The notes under the pieces are model-generated. The model did not search any database and was not told the DNA's origin. It was given only the letters and a program-made list of their open reading frames with translations. Shown here piece after piece: positions 26,147 to 39,000 of a stretch of 64,000 nucleotides of DNA. Origin of the DNA: Vairimorpha necatrix. Taxonomy: Eukaryota. The DNA lies in assembly GCA_036630325.1 (NCBI GenBank), contig CP142729.1:1-64000 (forward strand), read 5' to 3'. The position numbers and the translations under genes are program-made. The stretch's first letter is position 1, and the number at the start of each line of letters is the position of its first letter.

Positions 26147-27537
26147 ATTTAGACATAACATAATTTTTGTAAATATGACAATTCTTATTCAAGCTTATTT
26201 TTTTAGAAATTCTCATTAAATTATGCAAAAAATTATATATAATTATATAATATAAGTATCTTGATTTTGTAAGATGTTATTTATTTGAAATATGTCAATT
26301 TCTTTAATCTTATTTTCCATGCCCTCTCTTGGAAATTTTTTTTCTAAATACTTGTTGTAGCCAATTAAATCTGCCAATTTGTGAGAATATGATTGATCAG
26401 TATTTAATTAGCTACGATACTATCTACATTAAGTATGAAAATTATATTTTTTATAAAATTTCAATGTTAAATTCATATATACGTACTTATGATATTTTTC
26501 TATTATTCTTAATAGAAATTGTGTTTATTTACGATACATTTATATAATCGCTCCCTCGTATTAAATAAATAAAATATAAAATCTTCATGATATTTAAATT
26601 TCGTTTTATAAATATTAAAGTGTTGTATTTTTATACAGTATTGTTTTCCAATGGGGTATTGGTTGTTTTTTCTCCACAATTTTATTCTTTCTAATGTACC
26701 TCGATGTATTACAATAATAAGAATTCATCTTTAAATTCAAAAAATCTTTGTTATTGATTTATACACAAATTATATTCTGATTTGTTTAATTAAAAATCAT
26801 TTTATTCTATGTGTTGATACCGGCAATAATTATGCAATTGAATGTTTTAATTACATAAAAATACTTATATATTATTTGTTATTTTGAAAGTTCTATTATT
26901 TAAATACAATTATTTTTACTGCACTAATATTTATGTATATTTTTCTTGAATTTAAAGTTTTTATTTTGTACTTTTATATATATATATATATATATATGCA
27001 GATAGATACCCTTTAAAAAAAAAATTAAATCATGTATGTAATAAAGGTTTTAATTAAAATGAAAAAACTTCACAATCTAGTTACATATACTACATAAGTT
27101 ATTTTTACTAGTTTTTATGAGATGTCAATTTCTCCTTTTTTCGTGTTCATAATCTCTCTCATGTACAAATATACATCGATACTTTCCATTAGCCAAAAAA
27201 ATTAGAAATATTGCTGATACTTAAAGACTTGTATATATAATTAGATGTAATTGTAATTAAAATATAGATTGTTTCTGAAGTTTTTCAAATATTTAATCAT
27301 TATAATAAAAATTTTTACCAATTAGAATACATTTGTTAATTTTATTTTTATGTTAGAATGTTAAATCGTTAAAACGCCCACGGTTACACTAGAAACTTTT
27401 GGAATCATTCTGTTTTATAATCTTCATAATTATAACATACTTTGATTTACTTAAGAAAAAATAAATCATATAAACTAATAAGTACGCATATATATACACA
27501 CACATTCCTTGTTATCACATAAGACCGTACGATAATA

Positions 27538-28045
27538 TGCATTTTCAGCTGTTCTTAATTTTTTCATATTTTTCTAGATTTGTCTTCTTATATATATATA
27601 CAAGAAAGAGATGGAAAATTAACAAATTTCATAAAAGCTTTAAAAACAAAAAAAGATACAAAAAAGTACTTATATAACAAATATATGAATTTATATGCAT
27701 TTTCAGCTGTTCTTTTTTTTTTCATATTTTGCAAGATTTGTCTTCTTGTATATATATATATACAAGAAAGAGATGGAAAAATAACAAATCTTTTATATGG
27801 CTCAAAAACAAAAAAAGACACACAAAGTTCACTTATATAACAAATATATGAATTTATATGCATTTTCAGCTGTTCTTAATTTTTTCATATTTTGCAAGAT
27901 TTGTCTTCTTATATATATACAAGAAAGAGATGGAAAAATAACAAATCTTTTATATGGCTCAAAAACAAAAAAAGACACACAACGTTCACTTATATACCAA
28001 TAATATATATATATTTATATGTAGTCTTAGGCGTTCTAAATTTTA
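27538..28045. repeat. ~160-bp tandem satellite, 3 units plus a partial unit
   Basis: Unit starts at 27538, 27696, 27859 and 28020. Core agatttgtcttctt(at)n caagaaagagatggaaaa. Confidence 0.93.
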
Positions 28046-28667
28046 CGACGTTGTTATTTCCTTCTTATATGTTTATAAAGTTATAGTTAATATCTATAAA
28101 AAACATTTGAAATTATTTTTCTCTTAAAAATATCATCAAGAAAACCAATACTTCTAACTTGACATACATATACTATACATGTTAATTTTTTTTGTTATGA
28201 AGTAAAGTTAATTTTCTTCTTCTTTCAAGTTCATTATCCTTCTTATATATACATATATATATTTCAATTGATTTTTTAAAAAGAGTATAAGTTCTGTTTT
28301 TCTTAGTACCTCAATGATTTGAATATATTAACCAATATTTCGATACAGTATGTTCTCTTTGTTGTTAAAATACGTTATGTTAAAGCTTTTTTAATAATTT
28401 GGCTTCATAGTGTATATAGTATATTATTGTTTTATAAGTACAATTTAAAAGGTTGAATTTCTATATTTACACTATTAAAAATTATGGTTAATTCTTTGGC
28501 ACAACTTCTTCATACATCAATCATCTAAAAACTTAAAGGGCTAACAAACCATAATTAATGATCTAAATATACAAAAATATAAATAAATAGAAAATACTTT
28601 CCTCCCTTTGTTTTGCGGACTTAAATTGTTTCTTAAGTTAAGAATTGGTCTTTTTCTAAATAAAAAA

Positions 28668-28692
28668 TACCTAACATACTTACCTAACCTAC
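28668..28692 (-). repeat. Interstitial telomeric tract (degenerate)
   Basis: tacctaacatacttacctaacctac, same orientation as the terminal array. It occupies the position homologous to the longer tract at 56574. Confidence 0.75.
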
Positions 28693-28899
28693 AAGAAAAA
28701 CGATTCTCAATAAAGTTTTTTTTAGTTAACACTAAAATTGACTTAATATACAAAATTAAATTCCATCCCTTTTTTTTTTATTATATTATCATATCACTTA
28801 GTTATAAAATATACTCATAATTGTTTGACAAGTTAAATTCTTGCTTCGATTAAACTAATATAAATATTATTCAAACATACGTTGTATTTAATAAATTAT

Positions 28900-31450
28900 G
28901 ATATTATGAAAACAATGCAATATAATCTATGATCAAAGGTTCTGTCGACTAGTTTACAACTATTTATTTAGGAAACGTAATTTAAAATCTAAATAATGTA
29001 ATATTTGAGAATATATGCAATAGACCCAAGCTAAATTTTAAACTGTGTCATCTATACAGACCAGTGTTATACAAGAATTTTAAAATGTTCTACAATACTA
29101 TTCTTTGATAATAAAACTTATAAACGAATTAGTTTGGTAATGCGATATGAAAAGAAATTACTCTTTATAGGATAAATTTATAAATTTGTTTAAACTTCTA
29201 GTAAACGATCGCAAAGACAAGCATATATAACATTAGTAAAATATTTTATCTATTAATATATAAATGTAAGCTATATCTGAATCAAAAAATTTTTATTTTG
29301 TAATTTAGATTTATGAGAAGGATAATTTATTTTTACATTTTCTATAAATTTATTGTTAATTATTTCCTAGAACACATTGTTTTTTTAAATATATTTTTTT
29401 TAATTCCCATAACTTGTATCTATATAGTTATTTGTCTTTTAAATGATTTAATTAGAAAAATTTTCGGAATTTCAATATAATAAAGTTAAATAATGAGATC
29501 TTCTACTTTTTGATTCTTTGTATATACGCAGTAACGTGAACTAGAAGGTAAGATGTATTTAAATGTATAGTTGTAGTGTATCTTTTGCTATTAAAAATTT
29601 ATATGGATAACTAAAATAAATTATAAAATATAGCATATGATATTAATTTTGCTTTTTATTTTAATTTTTGTTGGATCAATCAAATTATTAAATAAGAATC
29701 TTAAATCTAAAATGTTTATCTATAGCAGTCATTTACCTATATCATCAAAAAACTAATTCTCCAAATTCTAACTACGTAGGTTTTTATATTTGTTTTTAAC
29801 TTCATCTTAAGGAAAAAAAATAAATTATCAATTGTATGCTTATCACATACTAAAGTTATATTTAAAGCACTACTTTGTGGTCTATATCATTTTATCATTA
29901 CATGAGCATATTATATTTATCTATCCTTAATATATTTATTGAATATTATATTTCTTTATGTAAGGTTTATGTTCATTACACAATGTTCATTAATGATTTA
30001 CTTCATTAAACTATTTTGTTAAACAATTAAATTCAAAAATCTTATGTCTTATTAAAGTATTAAAACTTCTTTTTAAAAATTTGAACTAATTTTTATTGTA
30101 AAAATCATAATAACAAGTTTTAGCAAACATTATTTAATTTAGATTTTAAATTATTAAGATGTAATATTTTGGATATATCATTTTATGGACCTATATCTGA
30201 GAACCGTAAAGCCGTTAATAAGTCTCTATAATTGATGGTATTTTGGAAAGCTTGAGGTGTGTCAATCATGATAGTACGCAAAAATGATTCGGTTTTATAA
30301 GAGGAATATGAATGTAGAATTTTGAATTTTTATATAACTTTAATTATAGTTTGTTGAATATGATCGCATTAACCTAAAAAAGCAATATATATATATATAT
30401 ATCTAATTATACTTATTAAATCTTTTAGTTGACATTTCTAATATTTTTCGTGATAGCTTAAACAAATCAATAAATTTCTTTTTGTAAGTAACTAGTTTTT
30501 TTTGTTTTGTGTTTTAATAAAATTTTTGATAAAAGTTATGTTTTTGAATATTATATATTCTTCAGCTTTATATATAATTTATACCATTATATTGAATTTT
30601 TATAATTTTTCTATTTTGAATCAAATAAATTTAATAAATATAAATAAGATCTTTGTGATCATATTTTAGTAACGAATTCATTTTTTAAAAATATTAAATT
30701 CACAAACAAGGCGATAATTAATAGATACTTTGCTTCTAATTGCGAAATAATTGAGTCTTAATGTGATATTGATAAAATATTAGTAGAATCAAAAAAATAA
30801 CATAACTTTAGGGCCTAAGATTTATATTTTTAGAATCTATTTAATATTCACGTTTAATTTGATGATAAGATGGATCTCAAGCAGATCTAAATATATTAAT
30901 ATTTGGGATTTGTTATTTTAATACAAAAAAAGTATTCTATCTAATTTATGTATAACCGAAATATTTGAATATATATAGACTTGTCAATAATATCAAAAGA
31001 TTAATTGTGCTACTAGAATATTTAATTTTGAATTTAATCGATTTCAGTTTGTATTATCATCGTTGTATCTTGTTGTTTATTTCTAATAAACTCTGAATTT
31101 TAAGATATTCTGTAAATTTTACATAAAATATATTATTTGGTTTAAAGAATTTATTTGATAGATGTACTAGAACAGCTTTGTTTGTCAAATCGATTATAAT
31201 TTATTGGTAGATCTAAAATATCCTTCATTAGGAATCTGTTTTATTTTATAGTTCTAACGTTATATACATAACAAAATCTGGAATTCTAAAATTCATCTTT
31301 ATTAATAATACTTTATCATAAGCATAATTTTTTACGTTAATTAAATTTATTCCGTGTCTTGTTTTATTTTTACCGTTTATTATAATATTAAATTATATTT
31401 AGTAATTCGTCTGATTCATAATTTCATTGAAATAATCTAATTATTTTGAT
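28900..31450 (-). pseudogene. Heavily decayed multigene-family relic, possibly LRR-like (block Y)
   Basis: Diverged paralog of 56900-58778. Minus-strand peptide remnants such as YKNLRS*NLEN and LTHLKLSKI. No long ORF. Confidence 0.3.
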
Positions 31451-31472
31451 AAATATTCATCTTTTTTTAATC

Positions 31473-31775
31473 AATGAATTTAATTAGAGTATGATTATTG
31501 TAGTTTATATTTATAGTTTAACAGGGGTGGGTTTCGTGTTAGCGTCTCCTGTTTGTAAATAGCATTGTGGCTCCATAGTTTTTTCCACATCGTCTTTGTC
31601 ACCTCTCATTCGGTAGTCCAGAAAAATGCTTTCTAGCGTCTTCTTTAGCGTTATCATCTGGATGTACGCTTCTACCTTCTTAGGGATTCCAAGTCTTGTT
31701 GTATATGATTTGTGGAACTTGGTCACTATATCGTCCCAAGTGATTAAGTAGGGAATTCTCTGTTATAAACCATAT
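31473..31775 (-). mobile_element. 3' fragment of RLE-type non-LTR retrotransposon (family II)
   Basis: IPYLITWDDIVTKFHKSYTTRLGIPKKVEAYIQMITLKKTLESI is homologous to the C-terminus encoded at 63081-63587. Confidence 0.85.
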
Positions 31776-32696
31776 ATTAAATCTTATTTTATATTTTTCA
31801 TTTTAGTTTATTTATGATAATAAGCTTGATCATTTATTAAATATTGAATTGTGACTAATGATATCAAATTAAACATATTAGAAGGTTCTTTTTTTTCTTA
31901 ATGATTTAATTCTTTAGTATATTTATTGATATACTTGTATTAAATTATTAAAATTTGTATATTCTACTATTTTCGTATGACTGAAATTTTTTAATAAAAA
32001 AATATTAATTTTTATATTTAAATAACTTTTACATAAAAAACTAAACTCATTTTCTAAGAAGAAAACTTAGATCTAAAAAAATTGCTTTTAATTCTAGATA
32101 ATTTTCTAATATTTATTAATTGTAAACCTTTTTGTATAAACATCATTTTTTGACTTTGAAAAATTATGCCTATAGTATGAAGTTCTAAATACTAAATTTG
32201 TAAACAATTTTCGATAAGTTTTCTTTTTAATATTTATTTTGATATATTACAAATTTTTTATAAAATTGATAGATCTTTTAGATCTTGGTATATGACTCTA
32301 TAGAACGAAGTTCAAAACAAATATTGTTCTTGTCATGTGGGGGATAAAAAATTACTAATTTATTTTTCTTTTTTAAATGTTTTCAAATAACATTTTATGT
32401 TCGAATAAAAGTGCGTAATTATAAAATTAAAAATTGATTTGCCGAAAAATTGTCATAGTATATTTTACTGTATGATTATACTTACTATTTGTTTCTTTCT
32501 ATTCTTTATTAGGCTTCTCTAGATAAATTTTTGATTAATGTTAAAGAGTCGATATATAGTCTATTTAAAGAATATAGAAAAGGTATATAATGCTTTCGGT
32601 ACAACATATTCTAATTTTGTGGCTAGAATTCAAAAATAAATTAGAATTTAGTTTTTCTCTTTTTCAAACTTTACATTTTTTAATATAACAGATACT

Positions 32697-32718
32697 CCTA
32701 CCTAACCTACCTACCTAA
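32697..32718 (-). repeat. Interstitial telomeric tract
   Basis: Perfect cctacctaacctacctacctaa, immediately followed by the same cacgtaagc junction seen at 1841. Confidence 0.9.
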
Positions 32719-32877
32719 CACGTAAGCTTTTAGCCCTCAAAACTTCTAAATATTTTGTTTAACAAATTATTCAGTTACATCAATATGTAACTAACATAAA
32801 TAAAAAATGAAACTTTTAGATAAAATTTATCTAACTATCTTTATAATTCAATTTTTTTGCTTAGATTCATGATTATA

Positions 32878-35800
32878 TGTTATACATTTATTTAATATGA
32901 AAGTTCAACCCTAAAATCCCCCACCAAACGGGTAGTCTCACGTTACAAGCTTCTAATTTTCCATTTTTATAATCTTTTAGGTAATAATGTTGTTTCTTAA
33001 TGTATCTTCATCTATCAGTCCTTACAATATAAGAATTATTCTCAGACTTTCCCCTCCTTTTATCAACATTTGTAAATCTTCCTTTCATACTTTTCATCTA
33101 TTTACCCTTGTTTTCTCTTATTGCAATTCTCACAGCCTGATCTACTTCAAATTTTTCTCTATGCCTTAATTTAAAATTACTTGAATACACACCCTTTTTA
33201 TTGTTTTCAATAAAGACTTATTTTCCTTGTTCTTTCCATGCTTCAATTGTGTTGAATTAATCGCTGTGTGTAAGAATTATTAGTTCTTACAGCTTGTTCT
33301 AGTTTTTCCTCTGGGTTTCCTTCTTTTTCATGGATCATCGATTCCCTTATTGTTCAAATACATCGTTCTATTCTTCCATTACTCCTATGAGCTTCTAAAC
33401 ATACTCTCCATTGCATAATTTCGTTTTCTTTACACCAAGTTACAAACTTCTCACTGAAAATTCTTTGCCGTTATCCGTAATATATTCATCTGGGCATCTA
33501 TTTTTCTAAAATTTTAGTAATAACATCACATCCCTTAAATTCCATCTTTGCGTGACATACTCTTGTTCTAAGTAGTCCATTCCTAATAGCACGTATCTTT
33601 CTATTTCCCCAATATCCATTACGTCATAAGCTACTTTTCTAATTTCTTAAATGCCAAAAAAAATTGCCACCTCCGATCGTTTTTCTGTTATTAATGCTAC
33701 ATACTTAACAAACTTTAGCGATGTGGTTATCTGGTCCTTCATACCTTGCCAGTACAGTCTTTGTTTTTCCTTATAATAAGTTTTTTTCACTCCTAGATGA
33801 TTTAATTCATCATGAACTCTGGAATTTCTGTCTCTTGTTAGTTCGTTGTGTAGTAGTTTTTTAATTTCTCCTGTTGAGAACTTCAAATATTTTTTACCTT
33901 CTCTTTTAACATGCGCTTTATTTCTTTTTCTTTCATCTGTTTTTGGGCCGTTTCTACTTTCGCTTTTTTACTTTCACTTCGTTTTTTTTAAATTGTCTAC
34001 TAAGAGCATCCACATACGTCATCAATTTTCCTTTTACATATTCAATAGTAAAATCGAACTCTTGTATATATTTCTATTTCTTCATTATGTAATTGTTGAA
34101 AAACGGTTTGTTTCTAATCTCGGCCAGTCCTTTATGATTTTTCATTTAATGAAATTTGCTTCCCTCAAATCGGATTCGAATTTCTTTATTCCAAATAACA
34201 CTGCCAACATCACTTTTTCATTAATCATATACCTTTTTTCTGTTGCTGTTAACATTTTTGATGCCCATTGTATCTGATTCCACTTTCCTTCTTTGTCTTC
34301 TTGCAATAGTATGGCTCAAGTTCCCGTATCGTATGCATCTGTTCTTACTCTACACATTTTTTTACTATCTACCATTTTTAATTTTTTCACATCCTTTAAA
34401 CCCTCTTTGATATCCATAAGAGCTCTTTCCATATCTTCGGACCATTCCCATTTAACATCTTTTTTTAGTGCTTCTGTAAGAAGCTCTGGCCGATAAGCAT
34501 AAAGGGAATAAAATCTGTAAACCGGCTTGCACGTCCCTCAAATCTTCTAAGATTTTTTATGTTGTTAGGCCTTCTGTATTCTAATGTCTTTTGCTTTTTA
34601 ATTTTGTTAGGTGTAATGTCTTAACCGTTAATTGATACTCCAGTAGTTTTACTTCTCCTTTATATTGTATCTTTTTTAAGTTTCTTTAAATCCACATTCG
34701 TTAAATTTTCGAATTACTTGTTTTAAAAAATTTTCTTGTATATTACTATCTCATGCATAAATAATAATATCATCCATGTACACCTCAACACTCTTGCCTC
34801 TAAACTTATCTAAAACTCCGTATATCACTCTTTGCATAATATGGGAAGCATTTTTAAATCCCTTTACCATGCCATTCCATTCGTAAACTCTATCATTTAT
34901 CTTTAAAGCTGTCTTATGTTTGTAAGTCTGTCAATTTCTATATGATAGAATCCTTCCTTTAGGTCTATAACCATAAATACTTTAGAATCTTGCGTTCCCC
35001 AATAATATCTCTAATCAATGGCAATTCATACGGATCTTTTTATTCCAGTTCATTATAAGCCATCAAATTGCTTCTCAATTTTACTTCACCATTTGGTAAT
35101 TTTATGGGCTTAATTGGGCTTATCCATTCGCTCTTTGTCCTTCTGATAATACCTCTACTTTAATAAATTAATATACTTTTCTCGATTATTATAAGAAATA
35201 TTTTTTACTTTTTTACTACTTTCACTCATTGTTTTGTTTTAAAAGAACATTTTATCCCTGTTAAGTATTTTATTTACTCTTCGTCTTTTCCTAATGCCTC
35301 AGGAAATTTAATTTCCAATTCTTCATATTTATTAATATTTTTTCTTCTTTTATCTTGGTTTGTATTTTTTACATAAAAACTGTTTCTTGAGTTCTCTCTT
35401 TCTATCTCCACTGGTAGTCTCAATTTAAAATCATTTCCTTTTAATATTTTCATTTTACTATTATCACGAATCCCAAAATATTTAACACTTTTATTTTCAT
35501 TATTCTCTTCATGTCTTCCTTTACGCTCCATACAACCTCTAGCTATATGTATAATTCTTCCACATATAAAACAATGTTTTTCTTCTCGTCTTTGATATTG
35601 AAAGTTTCTTCCTGGCACTGCTACAGTCCTAGTCAGTTTTTCTTTACTTTTCTTTTTAATTTTTCTTTCATAACATCTACCATATCTTCTAGTTCTCTAC
35701 TCTTATTTTTTCCTTGTTCTTAATCTCTTCCTCTCAACAACTAATTTATCAATTTCATCAATAATATTATTCCAATTAATCATAATGATTAAATTTTTAT

Positions 35801-36014
35801 CAAAAATAAAATCCTGAAGTTCAGAACTTACTTGTTTTATCGACTGCTTCGTTTTCACATGTTTTACATCTTTCTGCATTCCGATGATTGCTTCTACTCT
35901 CTGAGCTTCTTTTAGTAATTTTCTATCTCCTAAACACAGGTCTCACTTGTTACCCTTTCGTCTTTTGTGTTTGCCATGTTATACATTTATTTAATAGGAG
36001 GTTCAACTTTAACA
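32878..36014 (-). mobile_element. Ty3/gypsy LTR retrotransposon with 38-39 bp LTRs (copy B), decayed
   Basis: LTRs at 32878-32916 and 35977-36014, with the same TTATA TSD. CFICGRIIHIARGC knuckle, intact YMDD at ~34780-34769, and HDELNHLGVKKTY..LYWQGM integrase Zn-binding region. Confidence 0.92.
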
Positions 36015-39000
36015 TTATAATTAAAACACAAAGTATTTTTGGTGTAATTCTGCGAATAAATTTATGTAATAATATATTGTAAAAGTAGTAAATTACTTCT
36101 TTAATTTGTAATATATATTATTGTAAAAAAGGTCATTCTTGTGTTTTAAGATATTTTTTTTTACTGGAAATATTCGTATTATACTAAAAAAATAATATTT
36201 TAGGGATATTATACAAATAACTTAAATCTCGAATGATGTACTACGCATATATACAGACACAGGAGCTTATACTCTTCGGAAAGCCTATAAAAACCACTTT
36301 GAAAAAAAAATTAAATCATTATTCCAAGAAAGTAAAAGGACGTAAAAATTTGGAAACATTAAAGACTAGATTCTAGTGTTTGTTTGAAAATACAATACGA
36401 ATAACTAATTACATTTGAATATTTCATTATAAAATTATGTTATATTGCAATAGAACAATGAAAGTAACTATGATTTATTTAAATTAATATGATCTAATTT
36501 ATTTTTATAAAATAAAAAATTTTAGAAAAAAATTGTTTTTTTATATTTTGTTATTGAACAATTATATCTACTCAGCTGCTGCATAAACATGCGGCTTCTT
36601 CTAATGTAAAATCTTATTTATCTATGTATTTGCCCAACTTTTCAGGAAGTCTTTTATAATTACAATTGTTATTGTGTCTATTTTTTATGTTTTCTTTAGG
36701 ATTCAATTTTTTATGGTAGAAAATAAAAATTTTAAAAATAAGAGGGAGTGAAAATATTGGATAATTGAAAAATACATCCTATTAATAATATATTTGATTA
36801 TATGATCATAATACCATAGATATGTTTTGTTTATACTTTTATATTTTCTTTTATAACTGTTAGATTTACTTCTTGCTTGATCTTCATAAAATTTTTTATT
36901 ATGAAGAGAACTTATTTGATATTATTGATAACCAGTTAAAATTGATAAATTTTTTGCGATTAAGATATGTTGTATATTTAAAATTATTGCGTAAAAAAGG
37001 CGAATAGTTTAAAAGTAACCTATCATTATCTATGAAAATGTTTTACATAATGTGTTATGTTAAAATGTTATTTTTTATGATAAAACCAATACATGGATTA
37101 TTAAAAAACTCTAATTTTTAATTAAATCATTAGATTGTTTTCATTCTACGAAAATCAAAATGCTTATTCCAATTAAAATTCATAAATATTTTTTTGTTAA
37201 AATATTTACAATTTAATTTTTCAATTTATTATATTTTTTTTTCTCAATAAATATTTAAAGTAATATAATTTAATAATTATTAGAAATCGTCAACCGCATC
37301 TATGTTTAATATGTAATTGGGTTTATGCATTAAAATATTTTAATTAAACTTTTTTTTTTCATTATTGAAGATAAGATTTGTTTTTTAATTTATATGCTCT
37401 TACATTATATTAATCTTAAATTTATATAAATATATATTAATTAGTTGCATTGGGTTTTGTTTATACTTTTTATTAACCCTTCTTAGCTCTTATTTATTTA
37501 TATTTTTTAATTCTTCGGTTAGTGTAAATTTTTTTCAATAAAATTACTAATTCTGTATTTTTTTTTAATTTTATTTTTATCATACTTTAAAAATAATAAA
37601 TACGTGGAATATATGATGTTTACTAGAAAAATTCAAATGAAGAAATACGAAATTTATTTCCAGCCTACTTTTGTGTATAAATTTACAATTTGTATATATA
37701 TTGATTATCTTATCATTTGAAATGTATTTAATATGTTTTCTGACCATTATTAGATTTATTTCTTAATTATTTATCATTATTTTCATTGAAATAATTTTTT
37801 GTTTTGATATTTTATAATTTTTTTCAGTCTATAACCAAAAATTTCAAAATACTGTTGTAATAAATGATAACAGAATGAAATGTCGTTTGTTGTGTTCCTC
37901 TATATATGTTTATATTTTATTTTCGTTGTATGTCTTTATGTTTCTTTATGACTTTACTTTTTATAAATGAATTTTCTTGATATTATTTGGTTTATAAATG
38001 CTAAATTTTTATAATAATTTTAAAAACTTAAGTTAAGCATAAAAAATGAGTTTACAAATATGAAGAGCTTTCCAATGTTTCATTGCGATAATTAGTATTG
38101 AATGTTTACTATAAGAATAATTTAAATCATTTTTGAAATTTTTTGAAATATTGATAGTTTTTTGATAACTTTAATCTACAATTTTCTAAAACCCTCCGTG
38201 ATATGGTTTCCTTTAAAATACAAATATATAAAAATTTTTAATATTTTTATAAATTTTTCGTTATTGAATCATATGTTTTCGTGTAGGTTGTATATATCAT
38301 CATGTTTAATAATGTAGGTGTAATATATTGCATTTTAAATTTTCGATTGATACATTATTTTTAAAAAAAGATAAAGTCGTTATATGTTCTAAAACTATTA
38401 CTTATACTAATCAGTCGTATGTGTATTATTATGAGCGAAATTTGAAAATATAAAATTAAATTTAATGATCAAAAAATATTATTTTCATTATAATGGTTGA
38501 GACTTCGCGCTTCAAAAGTCGTAAAAATTTAATTGTATAAAAATTTTCTTCTTTTTACTTATCTAGAATTTTTTTTAACGTTTAGTTTGAATATTTTATA
38601 TAACTATTCTAGATGAAAATATTTATTTTCAAAACGAGTTTTAGTCCAATACGTTTTTTTTAAAAAAAATTATCCTACTACTTTAAATATATTTTCTTTT
38701 TAAAATTATTTTTGTAATATTAACCCCAATTATCTTTATTGAAATTGCATTTCGAAATATATTAGTTTTTTCAAAGATTTTTATTGGCATTATTTTATTT
38801 TACTTGTAGGTCAATCTTTGTGTATTAAAAATTTATATTGAAGTATAATTTTTCTTGACCTTTTCATACTTAGAATTAATCTAACGCATTTTATTGAACT
38901 ATACAATATATAATATCAAAATTAAATTTCAATTTTTCTTCAAAAATATTGATTATAACAGTTATATAAAATTTTTGATTCAAAAAATTTAAATATCTGA

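Larger units (their letters stand above)
1841..28667 (+). repeat. Subtelomeric block X (copy A of a direct segmental duplication)
   Basis: Colinear with 32719-56573. Both start cctaa|cacgtaagcttttagccctcaaa and end ctaaataaaaaa(a)|tacctaac. The offset falls from ~30880 to 26800, matching the three insertions unique to A. Confidence 0.95.

Noticed and set aside
25305-26547. ORFs identical in both copies (25305-25490/52105-52290; 26329-26547/53129-53347) as conserved genes
   Set aside because: The identity comes from the surrounding identical tract. They have non-ATG starts and no recognisable domains.
27538-28086. Tandem array as CRISPR, or its ORFs as genes (also 54338-56025)
   Set aside because: Whole ~160-bp units repeat with no unique spacers, there are no cas genes, and the context is eukaryotic. 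The ORFs are repeat translations.
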